From: Macrostomum lignano
Lineage: Eukaryota
Direction of reading: 5' to 3'
DNA: 34,291 nt
NCBI GenBank assembly: GCA_002269645.1
Contig: NIVC01004145.1
Span: 1 to 34,291, forward strand
The translations under genes and the position numbers were made by a program. Below, piece by piece: positions 11,819-26,019 of the stretch. How positions within the stretch are numbered: position 1 is the stretch's first letter; each line of letters begins with the position of its first letter. Below the pieces are notes generated by a model that did no database searches, was not told the origin of the DNA, and saw nothing but the letters and a program-made list of their open reading frames with translations.

Positions 11819-13584
11819 CTTACTTACTTACTACTGATGGGGGGGTGCAGGCGCCGCGAATAGGCCGCGAGGCCCCTATCGCAACCCCAAGGTAAAAGAG
11901 CACAAGGATTAACCCTGGGGGTGCGCCCAGTCCCCGCCAGTAGTCGGCAGGTTCCCGGAGTCCCGGACGAAGGCGCGCAGGTCACGGATATTGTCCGGGG
12001 TGGTCAGCTCGTCCATCCGCTGGGGGTGGCCGAGGTATTTGTGCCGCGCCTTGTTGAAGTAAGGGCAAAAAGTGACGTGATGCTCTGCAGTCTCCTCTCC
12101 TATGCCACAGAAAGGACAGGTGGGAGGGCAACCGGTTTGCAATGATATATGTCTCTGGAAGAATCCATGGCCGGTTAGGACCATGCACATCTCCCTGAGG
12201 TCGGTTCTGTTAAGCGAAATCAGATAATCAGAGACTTTCCTGTTCAGGTTAGGCATGGCAGAGCGGCTCTGCCTGTACTCGGTGCAGCTGTTCCAGTGGA
12301 GGTGGTGCTGCTGATGGAGCCACCTGTTGATATGGTGGGTGACTTGCGACCTAGGAGTGGGTAGCCTCATCAGACGATGGTTGCCGTCTGGGTTGCTGCC
12401 CTCCTTGGCGAGAGAGTCTGCAAGCTCGTTGCCCAGGATGTTGCTGTGACCAGGTGTCCAGATAATTCTAATCCTGTTAAGGACTGAGAGAGATTGCACA
12501 CTGCGGTGGCATTGAGATACTGTAGTAGCGGAGATATTCTCAGTGGTTAAGGCCTTAATAGCAGCTTGGCTATCAGTGTAGAAATTAATGTCAAAGTTAT
12601 TAATGTTCGCCTGAAGCAGTTGCTGGGCACACTGCTCAATGGCGCAAATTTCAGCTTGGAAAACTGAGGTGTTTTCACCAAGGTGCAGACTTTCCTGGAA
12701 AAGCATCTTACCCTTGTGGAAAATGGCAATACCCGTTCCAGCATGGCCGTTGAACAGTGAGCCGTCAGTGAAGCAGTGAATGCCCTGGCTGCGCCGGTTC
12801 ACACCGACATCCAGCGGAATATTGTCTCGGCCAGGGATGGTGGTCTTGAAGCCCCTCCTGATGTTGAGGGCGGGAGGTCGACTATCCACATTACCCAGGT
12901 CCATGTGGATGTTGTTGAGGTCGCGGCGGACAAAGTCCATATGCGGGATTAATGTTTTCATTGGCATAAAGCCAGAGGGTGCGTTATTTAACGTTTTATC
13001 TCTGATAAGCCGGGAGGCAGACTTCATAGCCTCCGCCCTAATGAATAGGTGAAGCGGAGGCAGGTTAAGGATAGTGTTCAGCCCCTCATAGGGGGTAGAC
13101 GGGTACGCACCTGTGATGGCACAGCAAATGCTGCCCTGAAGCTGGTACAGGCACTGATGGGCGGTCTTCTGCTCCAACACGCTAGTCCAGATGAGACTCG
13201 CATATGTGATACTGGGCCGGATGATGCCGGTGTAAATCCAACGGACCGTTCTAGGTGAGAGGCCCCAAGTCGGCCCGATGGCTCTGCGCAGCTGGGCAAA
13301 GCAGCGTTTTGCCCGACCGATGATGTTATCAAGGTGCTTCGTCCAGCGCAGGTCATGCGTTAGCGTCACACCAAGGTATTTGACCTCCTTCTTGAAGGGG
13401 ATGTTTCTGCCATAGACAGTGAGGTTTTTCATCTCCCATGCATGGCGCTTGGTGAAAACGACAGCGACAGTCTTAGTGACGCTGATATTTAGGCCATGCT
13501 GCGTAGCCCAGTCGGCCGCCTTGTCGGCGAATTGCTGCATCAGGTTGCGCAGAGTGGCGGGGTCGGGTCCGCTGACAACCGCGG
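11819..13584 (-). mobile_element. 5'-truncated non-LTR retrotransposon (RT C-terminus, RNase H, CCHC-like knuckle; LOA/R1/I/Tad1-type)
   Basis: 11-bp TSD CATTTGAAGTA at 11808-11818 and 13585-13595. (TAAG)n 3' tail at 11819-11833. Uninterrupted ORF remnant to the stop at 11909 with KYLGVTL (RT thumb), [35 protein letters not shown] (RNase H) and [23 protein letters not shown] and the endonuclease are absent. Clade assignment is tentative. Confidence 0.95.
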
Positions 13585-13691
13585 CATTTGAAGTATTCTT
13601 TGCCATTGTACTTATGGTTGCCTATAAACAGATGCCACTCATAAAGGAGTAATCTAGAGCCTCATTGGCCTTCAACAAATTGGAAGGCCAT
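13585..13691 (-). pseudogene. 5' end of the same MULE transposase (FLYWCH first half)
   Basis: ATG at 13691 gives [35 protein letters not shown], which joins in frame across the LINE TSD to CTMTCNANAV on the other side. Confidence 0.85.
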
Positions 13692-15445
13692 TGTCAATGC
13701 AAATCAAGATGTCTATGGCTATACATATGGCAAGGTGATCTACAAAACAGTGGGAAGAGTGGGAGCAAATTAGGATTTAAACAAATTTAGACAAAATTGG
13801 AAATGACAGGACAAAATTTGATCTACAAGTAATAGTATCCTGCCTACTAGCATGACATTTTATTTTTAAGTTTTTCTGAAAAATTGAACTAATTACCAAA
13901 AATGTTAAAAGACAGAAAATACTGGAAAGCTTTTATTACTAAGCTACAGTACTTGATGACTGCTACAAGGTGAAAAAAGATTTCTTTTTAGAATTAGGCT
14001 ACTTGTTTCATTTCTAATAAGTAAAGAGTACTTGATAATTTGCAAAAAAACAATTACAATTGCCAATGGGGTATTTGAAAAAAATGGACATAAGATAATT
14101 TTTTTACCTTTATCATACCTGTGTTTGCAAAATGTATAAATTAAATATAAAAGGTCAAATAAGCTAAAAATAGGATTCTACCAATGTATAATTAATTAAA
14201 GAGAATTGAATTCTATATCAAATTGGCTCAAGAATTGCAAATTGTTGCTAATAAAATAATTTATAACTAGGAATGAATGAAGTAATAGAAAAAGTTTTGT
14301 CTTTAGGGCACACTAAGACTATTCATTCATTTTAGGCATAATCACTTTTAGCCCAAAAACACTATTTTCAGATGCCATATTTTTTATTTGACATCCTGGC
14401 ATCAAAAAAACCAATGTCATAGGACATTCTGGGTCTAAAAACTAGATATCAAAACCTTTTTAGGGTTTGATGCATCTATTATTGGTATCAAATTTTGGAC
14501 CCTAGATGCCATAAAGTATCTGACTTCTAAGAAACTCAGCACTAGGACATACTTTAGTCAAGCCAGGTCTAATATATAAGTAATAATAAGAAACTATTAG
14601 TCTAAGTAAAAAACTATCCAATTCTCAAATTCAAGTTAATCTAACACTAATAGCCAATACCTAACCACAAACATAGCCAAAACACAACATAAACTTCAAT
14701 TCATAAAATTATATAATATACAAAAACTAAATGTGTCATAGAAATTAAATGGAGCTGCATAGTGAAACTTGGATTCTATTCCTAATATAGCTTATTTGGG
14801 CTTATGCACATTGAATTTAATCCAAGATACATTTGCCAATGTAACAGAACTTTTGTCTATGGTAGCAAGGCTGGCGCAGTGGCATTTGATTTGGTCCAAC
14901 AAGCATCAATTTGGTCCAAATGCTTGTGAGCCAATGGCAAACTCTTGCCTTCTTGCAACTGCCTAAAGGTTGTTGCGCACCGCTGGAGTATTTAGCATCT
15001 GTATTCCCGCCTGGCAAATTTTGGCCTTGTCCTCTGGCAATTCATCTGGCTGCAATTCTGGTTTTCATCTGGGAGTGTAATGTCATTTGAAAACTGGAGA
15101 AAAGCTGAAAGTTTTGTCTACAAACCAGACAAACACGTTTCATGTCTCCAGTTTCATCTGGAATTGAATCCAACATATATCCAAAAATATCTCCAGTTTG
15201 CTACCCGAGAAATACTGGAGGATAACTGGAAAAATATCCAGATTAAAACCAGACAATTGTCCTATTGTAGGCAGTACAGGAGGAATTCTAGATGAAAAGC
15301 AGGCCAAATGCACAAAAGCCATTGTATTTTGTAACTCAGTCATAGAGTGCATACATAGAACATCTGTCATTTGTTGTCTGATTATATACTAAGGTAAAAC
15401 GAATAATTTGACTTTACTTTGCTCGTTTATCAAAGAAATATATTA

Positions 15446-15484
15446 GACCCTGAAGAAAGCCTCGTTCTAGCTGAAATATTGGTC
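15446..15484 (+). ncRNA. Minimal type I hammerhead ribozyme motif (Penelope-like), upstream of a (TATC)n array
   Basis: GACC-CUGAAGA-A-AGC(cucguucua)GCU-GAA-AUAU-U-GGUC: stem I GACC/GGUC, catalytic core, short stem II, palindromic AUAU stem III. Confidence 0.7.
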
Positions 15485-15538
15485 ATTTTCTAGTTTAAGT
15501 GTGAAGTAGCTTCCACTTTGTGTGTGGTTTGTTTTACG

Positions 15539-15632
<94 letters not shown>

Positions 15633-15685
15633 CATCTATTCATCCATCCGTCTATCTATCAATGATCCATCTATCTATCTATCTA
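15539..15685. repeat. (TATC)n microsatellite
   Basis: Read directly; degenerate at the 3' end. Confidence 0.97.
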
Positions 15686-16361
15686 GAGGGATCATTGATG
15701 GCAAAAGTGTATAATGCATTCCATTTTGCTACTTGTATACACACTGTAAAACAGCATTTATTATAAAAAGAAAGTCACATTATTATTCATCAAATGTGCA
15801 TTAATAATTGCAACATTCGGAATATTAGCATGGGTGTATTAGGTAGAAAATCATTTTATTTCGTCGAAGCAAAATAACATTAAAATTATAGCAAAAGGGC
15901 TTGTTTAGTAAGACATTATAAACAGCTTTAAACTTACTGATATGACATCATGAAGTTTGTGCATAATATATTCACTGGATATGCACTCCCAATTTTTTAT
16001 TATATAGATGGAGAACTGCATAATATCATTTCAATGCTTTTGGTGTGATAGCTTAATGTCTTTACAAATTTTGTATCTTTTTTAAAATGGTCAAGTAACT
16101 GAAATATGAGACAATCCTATAAATAAAACTGCATAACTCATATAGAAGTCGCTTGAGCTGCCAAAACTATTGGAGCAGACAAGTTTTTTAAAGAGAATTA
16201 CTAGAAAGACGCTGGGTGCTACCTTGTCAAGGGTACCCCCACAGCAAGGGTTTTGCTACTCCTTAAAAAGGGGGTCTACTATACCCCAGTATGCTCGCTT
16301 TTGGGCTACATAAAAGCTTCTAGTAAAACATAATAAAAATTTTGTCATGTGTCCTGTCAGG

Positions 16362-16980
16362 TTTTAGAGAATGTGATATTTAGGGATTGTGATGTGTCTT
16401 GTAAGATGTTAGAGAATGTGATATTTAGGGATTGTGATGTGTCTTATAAGATTTTAGAGAATGTGATATTTAGGGATTGTGATGTGTCTTGTAAGATGTT
16501 AGAGAATGTGATATTTAGGGATTGTGATGTGTCTTACAAGATTTTAGAGAATGTGATATTTAGGGATTGTGATGTGTCTTGTAAGATGTTAGAGAATGTG
16601 ATATTTAGGGATTGTGATGTGTCTTATAAGATTTTAGAGAATGTGATATTTAGGGATTGTGATGTGTCTTGTAAGATGTTAGAGAATGTGATATTTAGGG
16701 ATTGTGATGTGTCTTATAAGATGTTAGAGAATGTGATATTTAGGGATTGTGATGTGTCTTGTAAGATTTTAGAGAATGTGATATTTAGGGATTGTGATGT
16801 GTCTTATAAGATTTTAGAGAATGTGATATTTAGGGATTGTGATGTGTCTTGTAAGATGTTAGAGAATGTGATATTTAGGGATTGTGATGTGTCTTATAAG
16901 ATGTTAGAGAATGTGATATTTAGGGATTGTGATGTGTCTTGTAAGATTTTAGAGAATGTGATATTTAGGGGTTATGATAT
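16362..16980. repeat. 45-bp minisatellite, about 13.5 copies, with higher-order variant pattern
   Basis: Unit TAGAGAATGTGATATTTAGGGATTGTGATGTGTCTT(G/A)TAAGAT(G/T)T. Variant order ABABAB-ACDB-ACD. Confidence 0.96.
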
Positions 16981-17201
16981 TTAAGAGTCTATGATGTAGG
17001 TTGCTTTTAGAGAATTTGACTTTTAGGGTTTGTGATAGCGCGCAGATTCCATTGTCATAGTTTTTTTGTTTGAATACTTATGAGTCTGCAAATATAAGGA
17101 ACAAATATTTAATGGAGAATATTACTAACAAATAACTTCAGCCACTGCTGGTGCGCTCTGTCCACAGCCCAGCTAGGCGCGCCCTGGTTGGCCCGGGCGT
17201 C

Positions 17202-21644
<4,443 letters not shown>

Positions 21645-21802
21645 ACCCGCGTCTGCTACTGATTGCCATGGCGACCGGCTGGACGGCCAATAAGTTTTTT
21701 ATAGTGCTAATTAGTAATCATTATATTCTTCCCTTTCTCTGTCTTCCCTCTCGTCTGTTTGTCCCGGCCCGGCCCCTTTACTCCTCTTGCTTCCTTCTCT
21801 CC

Positions 21803-22405
21803 GTCTATCCCCTCCCCTGCCTATCCCTTCCTGTCTATCCCCTCCCTTGCCTATCCCCTCCTGTCTATCCTCTCCCCTGTCTATCCCTCCTGTCTATCCC
21901 CTCCCTTGCCTATCCCCTCCTGTCTATCCCCTCCCCTGCCTATCCCCTCCTGTCTATCCCCTCTCCTGTCTATCCCCTCCCCTGTCTATCCCCTCTCCTG
22001 TCTATCCCCTCTCCTGTCTATCCCCTCCCCTGTCTATCCCCTCTCCTGTCTATCCCCTCCCCTGTCTATCCCCTCTCCTGTCTATCCCCTCCCCTGTCTA
22101 TCCCTCCCCTGTCTATCCTCTCCCCTGTCTATCCCCTCCCCTGCCTATCGCCTCCTGTCTATCCTCTTCCCTGTCTATCCCTACTGTCTATCCCCTCCTG
22201 TCTATCCCCTCTCCTGTCTATCCCCTCTCCTGTCTATCCCCTCTCCTGTCTATCCCCTCCCCTGTCTATCCCCTCCCCTGTCTATCCCCTCACCTGCCTA
22301 TCGCCTCCTGTCTATCCTCTTCCCTGTCTATCCCCCCTGTCTATCCCCTCCTGTCTCCTGCCTATCCCTTCCTCTGTCTATCCCCCTCCCTCCATCCCCT
22401 CCCCT
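21803..22405. repeat. Pyrimidine-rich ~17-bp minisatellite (CTGTCTATCCCCTCCC variants)
   Basis: Read directly; strongly strand-asymmetric. Confidence 0.93.
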
Positions 22406-22916
22406 TTTTCCCGTCTGCATAATCCCTTAAAAACCTCTTGATCCAGACAAATAATCACCCTGATTTGGATGGTGGCTTACTTTCGTACTGCCAATTTTCA
22501 TATTTTAGTAACTAAATTAGTACATTTGATTCATTTGCAAAACTGTATGTCACATACGCGCATTATGTACTGAATGTGTACGCCCAAGTCCTTCGTTTTG
22601 CCCATTCTGGATGCTCTATTTTTCTATTTTGTTCGTTCGATATTACTTGATAAATTATAAGTAGTATTGCAAGAGATAGCAGAAAGAAATTGGATACAAA
22701 GCATTTCATATCGCTCCGCCACACGGATCGTTGATTCAATAAGCAATTTATTAGCAATGCCGATGTCTTTGCGAGTAGAATTAAGTCATTTTTTATCATA
22801 TTTACCTGTCGCAGTAATTAGTCCTGTACAAAGTACTAATGTGTTGATTTCGGCCATTTAATGTTTACTATGTTGTTTAAACCCCTATTTTACCCGCACG
22901 GCTATCTCTCTTATCA

Positions 22917-22976
22917 TCTGTCTGTCTGTCTCTCTGTCTGTCTGTCCTTCTGTCTTTTTGTCTTTCTCTGTCTGGC

Positions 22977-23019
<43 letters not shown>

Positions 23020-23165
23020 GTGTCTGTCTTTCTCTGTCTGGCTGTCTGGCTGTCTGTCTGAGTGTCTGTCTCCGTGTCTGTCTTTCTCTATCTGGCTGTC
23101 TGGCTGTCTGTCTGTCTGTCTGTCTGTCTGTCTTTCTCTATCTGGCTGTCTGGCTGTCTGTCTCT
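22917..23165. repeat. Degenerate (TCTG)n microsatellite
   Basis: Read directly. Confidence 0.93.
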
Positions 23166-23391
23166 CTCTTGGCCTTCTTATCTTTACCTGTCATTTACCG
23201 GTTTCTATCGGTTTTTACCTTCCCGTACTGTATTGATGTGTTGTGTAGGCTGTAAATTCAGACAAGAACGTTCAAAAAAAGAATTTTATATTTAACATAC
23301 TGCATACTCGCATTTACAGTAACTTCACCTTTTTATTTGCAGCGCAGGAAGCCACTAATATCAGAGAATTTCTGCACGAATATCGGCAGCC

Positions 23392-25291
23392 ATGATGATG
23401 CTGAATAGATCATCGCCAGCAAATTCAGAGTCGGCAGCGGAGGCACCGACGGCGTCGGCTCCCGCCGTTCTGTCGTTGAGCAAGTCGGAGCCGCGCGACT
23501 CAGACAACGACGAAAACATTGACGTTGGCGCCGCCGCGGCGGCCCCTTTTATTGGAGAGCTGGCCGACCAGACTGCGGTGCCTTCGACAACCGAGAATCC
23601 GCAGTCGATGCATGCTGCTGTCAGCGCGACTGACAGCGTCGGCGGCTGCAGCGGCGTTCGGCGCAAAGACGTTAAAGTGTGCCGAGTCTGCGGCGACAAA
23701 GCGTTAGGCTTTAATTTCGACGCCATCAGCTGCGAAAGTTGCAAGGCGTTCTTTCGGCGGAATGCGCTCAAGCAGGATGTGAGTCAGTTTTTGATTTGTT
23801 GAATGTGGTCGCAGGGTCCTCAAAACTGAAAGTCAGGAGCAAATGCTTCTGGGAGAGATTGTGGTGCTGTAGGACTGTGGTGCTGTAGCATTGTGGTGCT
23901 GTAGCATTGTGGTGCTGTAGCATTGTGGTGCTGTAGCATTGTGGTGCTGTAGGACGTGGTGCTGTAGCATTGTGGTGCTGTAGCATTGTGGTGCTGTAGC
24001 ATTGTGGTGCTGTAGGACGTGGTGCTGTAGCATTGTGGTGCTGTAGCATTGTAGTGTTGTAAGATTTGTTTGATAGAAATTCTGTAAGACAGGAGTTCTG
24101 TAGAACAGGAGTTTTTTAGGAGAGGAGTTCTGTAGGACATGTCTGTAGGACATGTCTGTAGGACATGTCTGTAGGACATGGCTGTAGGACAGTTCAGTAG
24201 GACAGTTCTGTATGACAGGTCTGTAGAACAGGTCTGTAGAACAGGTCTGTAGGACAGGTCTGTAGGACAGGAGTTCTGTAGGACAGGAATTCTGTAGAAT
24301 AAAAATTGCTTTGAGTTATTAAAACCGTGCTGTTTCCATTGGTCTCACACGAAGCAATATCAAGGAAGCCGCTACACTCAATCAAACACCAGGTGCCAGC
24401 CTGCATGTTCACCCAGAACTGTTCCGTTACCGTGGCAACCAGGCGATTTTGCACCCATTGTCGGCTACAAAAATGCATACAGGTTGGCATGCGACCGGAG
24501 CTAGTTAACGCTGATGAAGTTCGCGGTAAGAAACTGAGACGAGAGGCGCCGCCGCAACTGCAGCAGCAACAGCAGCAGCAGCATCCACAGCAGCAACAAC
24601 CACAACAACAGCCTCTCCAGCTGCCTCAGCAGCAGCCTTCTCTGCACATTCCTGCCACCGAGGAACCGTTGACGTCGCCAATGCCGACCCCAGCAGCAGC
24701 GGCGCCCGGCCCTGCCGCAGCAGCAGCCGTGCAGCAGCAGATGGTGCTGAACCCCGCACTGCACGCGGCCGGTGGCTGCCGCTCTCTCACGCACGAACAG
24801 TGGCTAGCGGTGTCCGACTTGCACCAGGCGTACGAGCTCAGCTTCTCGGACACGTCCGAGGACGCCACTCCGGCCGGGTGTCGCAATCTGAACACCCTGG
24901 TGAACTCGTCCTGTTTCATAGTTAAGAAGCTCATTCTGTTCGCTAAGAAGCTGCCAGATTTTATCGGCCTGGGCCAGGCCTGCCAGATTGCTCTGTTGAA
25001 GGGCGCCGTCATCGGGACGCTGTTCCTGCGCTCCGCGGTGCACTACGATCGGGAACGCGACGTCTGGGTTACACCGAAAGGCGACGTGCCAACCGCCATC
25101 CTGAAGGACATACCCGGCTTTGCCGAGCTGCACGACGATCATTTGAAATTCTGCCGCCTGTTTAAAGACTTGCTGCGGGACCCGTTCCTGGTGCCGCTGG
25201 TGCAGGTGCTGGCACTGTTCACCCCCGATAGGCCTAACGTCACCGACCGGAGCGCTGTGGCCGATGTGCAGGACAGGTGCGACTCGTGGGG

Positions 25292-25331
<40 letters not shown>

Positions 25332-25334
25332 GAC

Positions 25335-25395
<61 letters not shown>

Positions 25396-25478
25396 GACTG
25401 TCTGTCTGACTGTCTGTCTGTCTGTCTGACTGTCTGTCTGTCTGTCTGTCTGTCTGACTGTCTGTCTGTCTGTCTGAC

Positions 25479-25523
<45 letters not shown>

Positions 25524-25598
25524 GACTGTCTGTCTGTCTGTCTGTCTGTCTGTCTGACTGTCTGTCTGACTGTCTGTCTGTCTGTCTGTCTGCCTGCC

Positions 25599-25649
<51 letters not shown>

Positions 25650-26019
25650 TTATAGTCCCATTAATAGGCTCGTGCGTGTAATGTTGGCAATTGGGTTGAC
25701 CCATTCACCCAGATACATCTGCCTGCTGAAGCACTACTTAGAAGGCCGCTGCGGCTTCACCGAAGCACGACGCCTGCTGCCCCGGATTCTGTCGGCAATG
25801 GAGGAGCTGCACGACCTGGCTGGCGGTCACGGCCGTCTCCTGCTGCACGTCAATCCGGCCGAGGTCGACCCCCTCCTGCTAGAGGTGTTCGACATTGCCA
25901 AAGCCGCCACCGCCGCCTCTGGCTCCGCACCATCGTCCACGTCGACGGCAACCGCCGCGGCTCCGCCTATGGTTGGCGGCGTGCCAATGTGCGTTTATCA
26001 GCGCAGGCCTGCTGTGTAA
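23392..26019 (+). CDS. HR96: Nuclear hormone receptor, NR1J/HR96-like (DAF-12/NHR-8/HR96 group), 3 coding exons, 525 aa: join(23392..23778,24393..25276,25713..26019)
   Basis: DBD CRVCGDKALGFNFDAISCESCKAFFRRNA (P-box ESCKA) and C-X5-C-X9-C-X2-C finger CMFTQNC..CTHC..KCIQVGM; polyQ/polyA hinge; LBD FAKKLPDF..L...CQIALLKG; AF-2 VDPLLLEVFD. Intron phases 0 and 2 are consistent; CDS 1578 nt; in-frame stop upstream of the ATG; acceptor TTTATTTGCAG at 23332-23342 in the 5' UTR. The symbol is a family-level call, not proven orthology. Confidence 0.9.
23858..24297. repeat. 16-bp ATTGTGGTGCTGTAGC minisatellite (23858-24060), followed by a related 13-bp CTGTAGGACA(T/G)GT array (about 24087-24297), in NR intron 1
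   Basis: Read directly. Confidence 0.94.
25292..25649. repeat. (CTGT)n microsatellite filling NR intron 2
   Basis: Read directly, with CTGA interruptions. Confidence 0.97.

Noticed and set aside
13585-13606. MAKNTSN as the true N-terminus of the 565-aa ORF
   Set aside because: It derives from the TSD and host MULE sequence in a different frame; the LINE is 5'-truncated at 13584.
15020-15320. Imperfect fold-back (CTGGTTTTCATCTGG / CCAGATTAAAACCAG) suggesting a MITE
   Set aside because: The inverted similarity is patchy; ends and TSD could not be defined.
16349-16984. 211-aa ORF of ENVIFRDCDVSCKML repeats
   Set aside because: It is the 45-bp minisatellite (length divisible by 3, stop-free by chance), starts at a non-ATG codon and has no unique coding flanks.
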